A stretch of DNA of 64,000 nt from the NCBI GenBank assembly GCA_034521595.1, contig JAXHMG010000003.1, positions 2,080,001 through 2,144,000 of the forward strand, given 5' to 3'. Under the pieces are notes generated by a model. It was not told the origin of the DNA. It did no database searches and saw only the letters and a list, made by a program, of their open reading frames with translations. Origin of the DNA: Gemmatimonadota bacterium. GTDB lineage: Bacteria > Gemmatimonadota > Gemmatimonadetes > Longimicrobiales > Gaopeijiaceae. Position 1 is the stretch's first letter, and every line of letters starts with the position of its first letter. Positions 38,849 to 47,930 of this stretch are shown here, piece by piece. The position numbers were made by a program, and so were the translations under genes.

Positions 38849-40681
38849 TCATCCCCCCAACATCGTGCGGAGCCCGACCGAGAGCGCTCTTCCCTGTGCC
38901 GGGAGTCCCGACACATCGGGATAGCTCGCGTCCGTGAGATTCGTGCCGCCGAGGAAGAACTCGCCGAACGAGAGCCCGAGGCCGACCCGGGCATCGAGGA
39001 GAAAGACGCCCGCTTCACCCGCGCGCGTCCGGTCCCATAGGTGCACGCGCACGTGCGACTTCTCGAACATGTCGCGCTCGATCTCCACCCCCACGGTCCG
39101 GACGAGGGGCCGGAGCGTGGATTTCGAGTGGAAACCCTCGCTCTCCTCGAGATCGATATCCAACCACGTGGCGGAGGGCCGCACGAGGAGGGTGGAACGG
39201 GAGCCGACCGCCCCGTTCAACTCGATGCCGTCGAAGGTCGCCGTCTCGACGTTTCGAGTGCGCCAACGCGCTTCCGGATCGCCGCCCGGCCGAGCCCAGT
39301 CGATCAGACCCTCCGAGCTCCGACGGAAGACCGTCGCGCGGAACGTTCCTCCGAGGGGGAAGAATGCGTCGAGCCCGGCCTCGGCGGACCACGAGCGCTC
39401 CCCTTCGAGATCGGGCGTACCCAGGTTCGCGGGATCCTCGTAGTAACGCTCCGTCCAGGTCGGCGTTCGGAAGGCGCGTCCCGCCTGGGCCCTCAACCGC
39501 AACGCGTCCCCGGCCGGGAACGAGACCGCGAGCGAGGGAGAGACGAACGTCTCGAACCCTTCGCGCCGGTCGACCCGTACGCCCGCCGTGGCGCTTCCGG
39601 GTCCCACGGGAGCGCTCACCTCGCCGAACGCGGCGAGTCGGTTCTGGTCCCGCTGTCCGAGCGCGTTGCTGTCGAGCGTCTCCCGGATCCACTCGGCGCC
39701 GACGGCCAGACCGACGCTTTCACCGAGGTTCCTCCGGAGGGTCACGTCCGCGCCAAGCTGCTCGGAGACGTGGTCGTTCCGGTAGAAGCCCGGGTCCGTC
39801 CGGTCGAGGATGAAATCGTCGGTGTGCCGCCGGAACGTCACCCGGGGCGTGAGCTCGGTTCCAGCCACGGATCCGGTCCACTCCGCCGAGCCCCGGGTGG
39901 TCCGGGTCCGCTCGAACGCCGGGAACGGACCGTAGAAGTCGGCGGCGCCGAAGTCCCTGCGGCCGTGACCCAGCGATATATCGACACGGCCGTCGCCGAG
40001 CGGGCCGGAGGCGCGGCCGTCCGCCAGCAGGATCCGGTAGTCCGTGCCGAGCCGGTGGCCGTCGGACGCGGTGCGCTCGACCCCGCCACCGAGGTTCCAC
40101 TCACCGATGCCGACGCCGCCCGCTCCGGACAACGCCCAACGTCCGAACGTGCCCGCCTCGGTCCGAAGCTCGGCCCCCTCCCAGTCGTCGCGCGTCACGA
40201 CGTTCACGACGCCGCCCACCGCGTCCGCGCCGAACTGTGCCGACGCGGGGCCGAGCAGGACCTCGATCCGCTCGACGCGCTCGAGGGGCACGGTGAGGTC
40301 GAGATCGAAATGACCGGTCTGCGGATCGCTCATCCGCACCCCGTCGACCAGCACGAGCACGCCCTCGTAGGACGCGCCGCGCAAGGAGAGATCGGCCTGC
40401 GCGGGAGAGCGAGCCTGGAGGTCGCCGCTCAGGGCCCACCCGATCGCTTCGGACACGTTGCGTACCGGCTGCCTCGAGAGCGCTTCCCGGTCCACGAGAG
40501 TGACGACGCGTCCGGACGCTCCACCCGGAAGACGCGAAGCTCCACGCACCAGAAGGGTATCGAGCTCGTACGTGGGTTCCTGTCCGGCCACCGGAACGGC
40601 CATCAGCCAGGACAGAGCGAAGAGCAGGAACGATGTACGAACGGGCGCACCGGAAGTGCGCGTACGGGTGAAGGTCAGCAT
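38849..40681 (-). CDS. TonB-dependent receptor
   Basis: Signal peptide, TonB-box-like LDTLLV, plug motifs (LSLRG...LVDGVR; ERIEVLLGPASAQFGADAVGGVVNVVT) and a beta-barrel C-terminus. The start is uncertain (40681 or 40696). Confidence 0.88.
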   Translation of the reverse strand: MLTFTRTRTSGAPVRTSFLLFALSWLMAVPVAGQEPTYELDTLLVRGASRLPGGASGRVVTLVDREALSRQPVRNVSEAIGWALSGDLQARSPAQADLSLRGASYEGVLVLVDGVRMSDPQTGHFDLDLTVPLERVERIEVLLGPASAQFGADAVGGVVNVVTRDDWEGAELRTEAGTFGRWALSGAGGVGIGEWNLGGGVERTASDGHRLGTDYRILLADGRASGPLGDGRVDISLGHGRRDFGAADFYGPFPAFERTRTTRGSAEWTGSVAGTELTPRVTFRRHTDDFILDRTDPGFYRNDHVSEQLGADVTLRRNLGESVGLAVGAEWIRETLDSNALGQRDQNRLAAFGEVSAPVGPGSATAGVRVDRREGFETFVSPSLAVSFPAGDALRLRAQAGRAFRTPTWTERYYEDPANLGTPDLEGERSWSAEAGLDAFFPLGGTFRATVFRRSSEGLIDWARPGGDPEARWRTRNVETATFDGIELNGAVGSRSTLLVRPSATWLDIDLEESEGFHSKSTLRPLVRTVGVEIERDMFEKSHVRVHLWDRTRAGEAGVFLLDARVGLGLSFGEFFLGGTNLTDASYPDVSGLPAQGRALSVGLRTMLGG

Positions 40682-40882
40682 ATCGGGAGGGAGCATCGGG
40701 TCCGCGAGGTCCAAGTGCTTGCACTGAAAGGGAAAGCTACCCGATCGGTCCGCTCGTGTCCCGCCCCCGACGAACGAAGCGGTGCCGAGGTCCAGCCCCC
40801 GCTCGGGCTCGTCGTGCACGGACGGGCTCCGAAGGCTTACCTTTTCGCGTCCACGCGCAAACACCCCCGCCCGCCGCACATC

Positions 40883-43474
40883 ATGCCTCCCACGAATCCC
40901 TGGATCGTTCTCAAGTTCGGCGGCACCTCCGTGGCCACGCCCCAAAGCTGGGAAACGATCGCCGACATCGTGGGTCGTCGTCTGGACGAAGGGTTTCGCC
41001 CGCTGGTCGTTCACTCCGCCCTGGCGGGCGTGACGAACCTGCTCGAAGCGCTCCCCGGCCGTGCCCTCGAAGGCACCCACGCAGTCCTCCTGGACGAGCT
41101 CGAAGGCCGGCACGACACCCTCGCCCGGAACCTCGGATTTCTGCCCTCCGAGGTCGTCGACCTGCTCGGTCCCGACCGACGAGAGCTGCGGGAGCTCGCG
41201 GAGGGCATCGCGCTCCTCCGCGAAGCCACACCCCGCACCCGTGCACGGATTCTCGCCTTCGGCGAACGGCTGGCGACCCGCATCGGGGCCGCTTACCTGC
41301 AGCGGAAGGGACTCCCCGTAACCTGGGTCGACGTCCGGGATTTCCTGCGGAGCGAGGAGGGGCGGACCGGCTCCGGCAGCGCTTCCTACCTCTCCGCGGA
41401 ATGCGACGCGAGCCCGGACCCGGACGTCGCCGAGCGTCTGGCGGGGGTGGAGGGCGTCCCCCTCACGCAGGGCTTCACGGCACGCAGCCCCGAGGGCGAG
41501 ACGGTCGTGCTCGGACGCGGGGGCTCGGACACGGCCGCCGCCTACCTGGCCGGCAAGCTGGAGGCCGCCCGTCTGGAGATCTGGACGGACGTGCCCGGGA
41601 TGTTCACGGCCGATCCACGCGCCGTGCCCTCGGCGCGGCTGCTCCGGCAGCTCGACTACCGCGAGGCCCAGGAGATCGCCACGACCGGGAGCAAGGTCCT
41701 GCACCCCCGCTGCATCCCGGCTCTGCGGGACCACATGGTCCCCATCCACATCCACAGCACCTCCCATCCCGACACCGAGGGCACGGTCATCCGGCGCGGC
41801 GCGGCCGAGGGGCCCGCCCAGGTCAAGGCGATCTCCCGCAAGAAGGAGGTCGTGCTCGTCTCGATGGAAACCGTGGGCATGTGGCAAGAGGTCGGGTTCC
41901 TCTCGGAAGCGTTCGCGGTCTTCCGCCGGCTGGGCATATCGATCGACCTGATCTCGACGTCGGAGACCAATGTGACGGTTTCCCTCGACGCCGAAGCGAA
42001 CCTGCTCGAAGCCGCCTCGATGGACGAGCTGACGGAGGCGCTCGGCCGGTTCTGCAAGGTGTCGGTCATCCGACCGTGCGCGGCGGTCAGCCTCGTGGGG
42101 CGACGCATCCGAGCGCTGCTCCACCGTCTCGGCCCCGCGCTCGAGGTATTCGAGGCGCAACGCATCCACCTCGTCACGCAGGCCGCGAGCGACCTCAACC
42201 TGACGGTCGTCGTCGATGAGGATCAGGCCGACCGGCTGGTCCGCTTGCTCCACGCCCAGCTCATCGCGGAAGCCGGCAGCCCCGAGGTTTTCGGGCCGAG
42301 CTGGGAGCAGCTCCGCCCGGGCGGCCCGGACGTTCACCGCCGCGTGCCCCGTTGGTGGGAGGAGCGGCGGGACGCCCTCCTCGCCCGCCTCGGTGACGAC
42401 GCCAGCGCGTACGTCTACGACCTGGACACGGTCGCGGAGCGCCTGAGCGCCCTGACACAGGTCGAGGGGGTCGATCGCGTGCTCTACGCCATGAAGGCCA
42501 ACACCTACGGCCCCTTGCTCGACCGGGTCCGTGACGCCGGCGTCGGGTTCGAGTGCGTGTCGCCCGGCGAGATCGAGCATGTCCGGAGCCGCTTTCCCGA
42601 CCTCGATCCCGCCGAGATCCTGTTCACGCCCAATTTCGCCCCGCGCGAGGAATACCGGGACGCCCTGGATGCCGGGGTGCGCACGACGCTCGATTCGATC
42701 GAGCCCTTGCGCCTCTGGCCGGACGTCTTCGCGGGCAAGGAGATCTTCATCCGGATCGATCCGGGCGTGGGCAAGGGTCACCACGAGAAGGTCCGGACCG
42801 CGGGCTTCCACGCCAAGTTCGGCGTCCCCCGCTTCGAGCTCGAGGAGCTCGCGGAGCTGACCGAGCGCATCGGCGTGCGTGTCGTCGGGCTGCACGCGCA
42901 CGCCGGGAGCGGGATCTTCACCCCGGACCACTGGGCTCATCTGGCCGCGACGTTGGCGGAGGTGGCTCCGCTCTTTCCCGACGTCCACGTCCTCGACGTG
43001 GGTGGGGGACTCGGTGTGCCGGAAAAGCCGGCGCAGGACCCGTTGGATCTCTCACGGCTCGCCGACGGACTGCTCGAAGTTCGGGACGCCGCACCGGACA
43101 CCGAGATCTGGCTCGAGCCGGGCCGGTTCGTCGCGGCTGAAGCAGGCGTGCTGCTGGCACGGGTCACCCAGACGAAGGGCAAGGGCGACGTGCGCTACGT
43201 TGGAGTCGCGACGGGCATGAACTCGCTGATTCGGCCGGCGCTCTACGGCGCCTACCACGAGATCGTGAACCTGACCCGGCTCGACCGGGAAGCGACCGAA
43301 CGGGTGAACGTCGTGGGACCGATCTGCGAGACGGGGGACGTGCTCGGACTCGACCGCCTCCTTCCCCGCACCGAGGCAGGAGACGTCCTCCTGATCGCGA
43401 ACGCCGGAGCGTACGGTCACGTCATGTCGTCCCGGTACAACTTGCGGGAGCCGGCGCCCGAGCGGACGCTCTAG
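40883..43474 (+). CDS. Bifunctional aspartate kinase / diaminopimelate decarboxylase
   Basis: N-terminal KFGGTSV, LGRGGSD and ACT domains. C-terminal YAMKAN (PLP lysine), HAHAGS, DVGGG, EPGRF, GPICETGD, AGAYG and YN motifs. Confidence 0.94.
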   Translation: MPPTNPWIVLKFGGTSVATPQSWETIADIVGRRLDEGFRPLVVHSALAGVTNLLEALPGRALEGTHAVLLDELEGRHDTLARNLGFLPSEVVDLLGPDRRELRELAEGIALLREATPRTRARILAFGERLATRIGAAYLQRKGLPVTWVDVRDFLRSEEGRTGSGSASYLSAECDASPDPDVAERLAGVEGVPLTQGFTARSPEGETVVLGRGGSDTAAAYLAGKLEAARLEIWTDVPGMFTADPRAVPSARLLRQLDYREAQEIATTGSKVLHPRCIPALRDHMVPIHIHSTSHPDTEGTVIRRGAAEGPAQVKAISRKKEVVLVSMETVGMWQEVGFLSEAFAVFRRLGISIDLISTSETNVTVSLDAEANLLEAASMDELTEALGRFCKVSVIRPCAAVSLVGRRIRALLHRLGPALEVFEAQRIHLVTQAASDLNLTVVVDEDQADRLVRLLHAQLIAEAGSPEVFGPSWEQLRPGGPDVHRRVPRWWEERRDALLARLGDDASAYVYDLDTVAERLSALTQVEGVDRVLYAMKANTYGPLLDRVRDAGVGFECVSPGEIEHVRSRFPDLDPAEILFTPNFAPREEYRDALDAGVRTTLDSIEPLRLWPDVFAGKEIFIRIDPGVGKGHHEKVRTAGFHAKFGVPRFELEELAELTERIGVRVVGLHAHAGSGIFTPDHWAHLAATLAEVAPLFPDVHVLDVGGGLGVPEKPAQDPLDLSRLADGLLEVRDAAPDTEIWLEPGRFVAAEAGVLLARVTQTKGKGDVRYVGVATGMNSLIRPALYGAYHEIVNLTRLDREATERVNVVGPICETGDVLGLDRLLPRTEAGDVLLIANAGAYGHVMSSRYNLREPAPERTL

Positions 43475-43480
43475 CAGCCG

Positions 43481-44036
43481 CTAGCCCGGATCCGCGGCAC
43501 CGCGCTCGATCCATGCGACCAGAGCCATCAAGCTCGCCACGAGCAAAAACGCGCCACCCGCCATCACCGGAATCGAGACGAATCCGAAGACGTTCAGGTA
43601 GCGGCCCGTGCAGCTCGCTCCCGCGCTACATACCCCGACGTCGAGCGCCGGCTGGAGTTGGATGCCCACGTGATAGGCGGCGATCCCGGCCCCGATGACC
43701 GCGAGCGGCAGACCGTAACGCCAGACCGAGGCGTCACCGCGGACCATGCCCACCCCCAGCACCACCACCAGCGGATACATGGCGATGCGCTGGTACCAAC
43801 AGAGCACACAGGGCACGAAGCCGACCACCTCAGAGAGGTACAGGCTCCCCGAGCGTGGCGACCAGCGCCACGCCCCAGGCCCACCCGATCGGGTGAGAGG
43901 CCCGGTCGGCCAACCCGGAGACGACCCCCGCCCTGGTCCGTGGTACGAAGAGCGTGCTTCCGAGCCCCACGGCTAGCGCATAGGCCAAAACCGTAGCTCC
44001 GGCCAGGAGGGTGACGACGGTCGCGTAGAGGGTCAT
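43481..44036 (-). pseudogene. dsbB: Disulfide bond formation protein DsbB/BdbC, frameshifted
   Basis: The 5' frame reads ...WAWGVALVATLG and the 3' frame continues [26 protein letters not shown]. One extra base in the G4 run (43847-43850) separates them; this could also be a sequencing error. Confidence 0.8.
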
Positions 44037-44042
44037 GGTCGC

Positions 44043-44290
44043 TCAGCGCCCTTCGGGCGCGCCGGGCACGGTCGGCCCCGTCCGGCCGGGGGCCAGCGAG
44101 TCCGTCGTGCGCAGGTAGCTCTCGTACTGGCTCGGAAAGCTCGCGCCCCACACCTCGGGGTCCGTGGTGTTCTCGTCCAGCTCCGCGATGAGCTCGTAGG
44201 GCTGGCGCGTCTCGCCGCGACGCTCCCCGATGGTGACGAGCAGACTCGGACGGACGCCGCCGTTCCGCCGCGGGTCCCGAGATGGATCAT
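44043..44290 (-). pseudogene. nrfA: N-terminal remnant of cytochrome c nitrite reductase NrfA
   Basis: LLVTIGERRGETRQPYELIAELDENTTDPEVWGASFPSQYESYLRT resembles the pre-heme N-terminus of membrane-anchored NrfA (DPxxWGxxFPxQY). It lies directly after nrfH, and no heme motifs remain. Confidence 0.7.
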
Positions 44291-44652
44291 CTAAAGGCTG
44301 CATGACCGACATCCTTGTGGCAGTGAAGGCAGGAAAGGTCCGCATCCGTGGACTCGCTCGTCCGAATCGCGTGCGTCAGATCCTCGTGACAACCCACGCA
44401 ATTGGCTTCCGCGATGGCTCGGTTCCGTGGCTTGATCCGGATGGGATCGGGATGGTTGCGAAACGTGAAGGCCCACGACGCGAACTGGTCTTCCATGACA
44501 TGGCACTGGACGCACGCGGTGGGATCGTCCGACAGGTACGCGGTGCCGTCGCCATACCCGACGGCCACCACACCCAGCGTGCCGGCCAACCCGAATACGA
44601 ACGCGACGGCCATCCAGAGCCGTGCGGAGGAGTGCGTGGGCAAGGTAGGCAT
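44287..44652 (-). pseudogene. nrfH: Cytochrome c nitrite reductase small subunit NrfH with internal in-frame deletion
   Basis: TM helix + YLSDDPTACVQCHVM, PDPIRIK...NCVGCH and CLHCHKDVGH. Only 3 CXXCH motifs are present; NrfH is tetraheme, and the heme-2 segment between ...FASW and AFT... is missing. Confidence 0.8.
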
Positions 44653-44780
44653 GAAACCTGTAGGATAGGCATGGCGTCGCCGGGTCGCCACCCGTGACCC
44701 GGCCGGCCACGGCAACGCACCCGCACCGAGAGCGTGAACGCCCTGGCGCACGGCGCCCCGATTGCCGACCATCCATCGAT

Positions 44781-47700
44781 ATGTTCACCGAAAGCCTGAA
44801 TCTCCTGCTCGTTCACGGTGATCCCGCGGCCGCCGACCGGATCGAAGCGCTCCTCCGGAGGGCACCGTCCGGGACGCTCGCCATGCGGCGTGCGGACTCG
44901 TACGACGATGGGTTGTCCGCCATCGGTGATCCGTCCCTCGACGCGTGTCTCGTCACGGAAGCTCCGGGCCCGCGGACGGCGGCGGACCTTCTCCCGCGAC
45001 TCGCCGACAAGCGCCGGCATGGGATCCCCCTGGTCGTGCTGGCCGCGCACGCGGCGCCGCAGCACCTTCTGGCATTGGTGCGGGAGGGCGCCGACGACGC
45101 GTTCGGAATCGACGAGGTCACGCCCCCCCTGTTGGAGCGCCTGATACACCACGCGGTGGAGCGCCGCCGAAGACGGCGGGACGAAGCCCACCACACCGAA
45201 GCGACCCTGCGCGAGCGGGTGAAGGAGCTCGCGCTCGTCACCAACACGGGACGCCTCATCAATCGGCGGGACCTCCCGATTCAGGAACGACTGAACCGGA
45301 TCGTGCACGAGATTCCTTCCGGATGGCACGATCCGGAGCGTACCGAGGCCCGCCTGACGCTCAGCGATTGGACCGTGGCGACACCCGGCTTCCGGGAAAC
45401 GCCCTGGCTGCTCTCCGCCACCATCCCGACCGACGACGAGCCCGATGGATTGCTCGAGGTCGTACTGACCGCGAACACGACCTCCGGAGGCGCGCAGGAC
45501 CCGTTTCTTCCCGAAGAGCACGACCTGGTCGACAACCTCGCACGGATCATCGGGGAGACGGTGGCCCGCGAGCGCGCCTCGCGAAAGCTCGAGCAGACCC
45601 TGGCCAGCCTCGACGAGGCCGTGGTGATCCTCGACTCCATCGAGAGCCAGCGCCGAGTGCGCTATGTCAACCCGGCGGGCGAGCGGATGTTCGGGTACAC
45701 GCGCGACGAGTTCGTCGGAGCCACGCCCGACATGACCCATCCGGACCGAGCATCCTTCGAGCAGTTCGGTGAGATGGCCCGCACTCAGCTCCAATCCGGC
45801 CGGTCGTTCCGCGCCACCTTCACGTTGAAACGGAAGGACGGCAGCCTTTTCGAGGCGGAGCAAACCGTCTCGCTCTTCGACCCGGAGCACGGGCTGGGCG
45901 GGGGAGTGGTGTCGGTGGTCCGGGACGTCTCCCGCCGGGAGCAAGCCGAGGCCGCTCTTCGAGAGAGCGAGGAACGGTTCCGCCAGATCGCGGAGCACGT
46001 GAGCGACGTGTTCTGGATCACCAACCCGGACAAATCCCGGATGGAGTACGTGAGCCCAGCCTATGCCAAGATCTGGGGGCGCGCTCCGGACGAGCTCTAC
46101 GCCGACCCCGGGAGCTGGCTCGACGCGATTATCCCGGACGACCGCGAAAGGATCGCCCACGAAAGCACGAGGCAACCACGTGGCGGTTACGACGTCACGT
46201 ACCGCATCCGACGCCCTGACGGGGCCGTGCGCTGGATCCACGACCGGGCGTTTCCCGTCACGGACGACGGCGGGACGGTGGAACGGCTCATCGGCGTCGC
46301 CGAAGACGTCACCGAGCGTCGGATGGCGGAGGAGCGCTTCCGCGTCCTCGGCGAAGAGATGATGGACGTCATCATCGTCATCGCACCGGACGGACGTGTG
46401 CTCTTCGCGAGCCCCTCCGCGGAATGGCTCACGGGCTACCCCGCGGACGAGCTCGTCGGCATGAGCGCCTTCGACATCATCCAGAGCGAGGACCACGAGG
46501 TCGTCGGGCCCCTGCTCGGGAAGGTCGCCCAGACGCCGGGCGAGACCGCCCGGGCCGAGTTCAAGATGCTTCGCATGGACGGCACGACCCGGGATGTGGA
46601 ATCGGTGGCGCGGAACCTCATGGACCACCCGGCCGTTCGCGGGATCGTCACCACCACGCGGGACGTCACCGAGCGACTCACGCTCGAGCGCAGGCTACGG
46701 CAGGTCCAGAAGATGGAAGCCGTGGGCCGGCTGGCGGGGGGCATCGCACACGACTTCAACAACATCCTGACCGTCATCCGCTCCGAAACGGAGCTCCTGC
46801 TCCTGGACAACGAGGGCACGGACCTGGCGGACGATCTCGAAGTCATCCGGTCGGAGGCCGACCGCGCGGCGACGCTCACGAACCACCTGCTCGCCTTCAG
46901 TCGGGAGCAGGTGCTCCGCCCCCGCCGCCTGGACCTCGGATCGGTCGTACGAGACATGGCCGAGCCCATCGACGAGACCGTGGGCGACGCGATCACCGTG
47001 GAATACGATCTCTCGCCGGACGTGGAAAGCGTCCTCGTCGACCCCGAGCAACTTGAACAGGTCGTCCTCAACATCGTCGCGAACGCCCGCGACGCTTCGC
47101 CGAAAGGGGGTGTGGTCACGATTTCCACCGCCGACGAGCGAATCTCCCTCGACGACGTGGTCGACCTCCCCGGCCTCACGCCGGGCCGCTACACCCGGCT
47201 GAGCATCGCCGACACGGGCTCCGGAATGAGCCCCGAAACCGCACGCCGGATCTTCGACCCGTTCTTCTCCACCAAGCCGGCCGGCAGAGGGACGGGCCTG
47301 GGCTTGGCGATGGCGTACGGCTTCATGAAGCAGAGCGGAGGCGGCATCCACGTGGACTCCCGGGAGGGACACGGCAGCACGTTCCACCTACGCTTTCCCG
47401 TCGCCGGACAGCTCGAAGCGCCGAGCGCTCCGGGACAGGCTGCGCCCCAGGCCGCGAATTCGTCTCCCGCCCCGGAGGTGGAGCCGGATTCGCCCAACGA
47501 GCCGCAATCTGACGCACACGCGAACGCGGAAGCCCCGCAACCGACGATCCTCGTGGTCGACGACGAAGCCGGCGTGCGCCGGGTCACGAAACGCGTGCTC
47601 GACCGCGGCGGCTTCCAGGTGCATGCCGTGGAAGACGCCGCGTCCGCGCTCGCGGCGCTGGAGTCCGACCGGCCGATCGACCTCCTTCTGACCGACGTTC

Positions 47701-47930
47701 GCCTACCCGGCGAAAGCGGAGGTTTGCTGGCGGAACGTGCGCGCACCCTGCGCCCGCACCTTCCGATTATCGTCATGTCGGGATTCGCGGGGGGTAGCGA
47801 CGGCACGGCGGCGAACCTCCCGGAAGGCGTCGGCTACCTGGCCAAGCCGTTCACGAGGGCCGTCCTGCTCGACGCCATCCGTGCGGCGCTCCGCGAGAAA
47901 CGCGAAGGCCGGCTCAGGAACGAGCAGTAG
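44781..47930 (+). CDS. Cytoplasmic multi-PAS hybrid histidine kinase (REC-like - PAS x3 - HisKA - HATPase - REC)
   Basis: Degenerate N-terminal receiver, ERVKEL segment, three PAS/PAC domains, AHDFNN, DTGSGM, GTGLGL and C-terminal LVVDDE...TDV...KPF. Confidence 0.92.
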   Translation: MFTESLNLLLVHGDPAAADRIEALLRRAPSGTLAMRRADSYDDGLSAIGDPSLDACLVTEAPGPRTAADLLPRLADKRRHGIPLVVLAAHAAPQHLLALVREGADDAFGIDEVTPPLLERLIHHAVERRRRRRDEAHHTEATLRERVKELALVTNTGRLINRRDLPIQERLNRIVHEIPSGWHDPERTEARLTLSDWTVATPGFRETPWLLSATIPTDDEPDGLLEVVLTANTTSGGAQDPFLPEEHDLVDNLARIIGETVARERASRKLEQTLASLDEAVVILDSIESQRRVRYVNPAGERMFGYTRDEFVGATPDMTHPDRASFEQFGEMARTQLQSGRSFRATFTLKRKDGSLFEAEQTVSLFDPEHGLGGGVVSVVRDVSRREQAEAALRESEERFRQIAEHVSDVFWITNPDKSRMEYVSPAYAKIWGRAPDELYADPGSWLDAIIPDDRERIAHESTRQPRGGYDVTYRIRRPDGAVRWIHDRAFPVTDDGGTVERLIGVAEDVTERRMAEERFRVLGEEMMDVIIVIAPDGRVLFASPSAEWLTGYPADELVGMSAFDIIQSEDHEVVGPLLGKVAQTPGETARAEFKMLRMDGTTRDVESVARNLMDHPAVRGIVTTTRDVTERLTLERRLRQVQKMEAVGRLAGGIAHDFNNILTVIRSETELLLLDNEGTDLADDLEVIRSEADRAATLTNHLLAFSREQVLRPRRLDLGSVVRDMAEPIDETVGDAITVEYDLSPDVESVLVDPEQLEQVVLNIVANARDASPKGGVVTISTADERISLDDVVDLPGLTPGRYTRLSIADTGSGMSPETARRIFDPFFSTKPAGRGTGLGLAMAYGFMKQSGGGIHVDSREGHGSTFHLRFPVAGQLEAPSAPGQAAPQAANSSPAPEVEPDSPNEPQSDAHANAEAPQPTILVVDDEAGVRRVTKRVLDRGGFQVHAVEDAASALAALESDRPIDLLLTDVRLPGESGGLLAERARTLRPHLPIIVMSGFAGGSDGTAANLPEGVGYLAKPFTRAVLLDAIRAALREKREGRLRNEQ

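Noticed and set aside
40682-40882. Cobalamin or lysine riboswitch between the TonB receptor and AK-LysA
   Set aside because: No conserved B12-box or lysine-riboswitch core could be recognised by eye; an Rfam scan would be needed to exclude one.
38849-43474. Apparent 1379-aa and 1477-aa giant overlapping ORFs
   Set aside because: Each is a real gene (TonB receptor; AK-LysA) extended by the stop-free antisense frame of the divergent neighbour.
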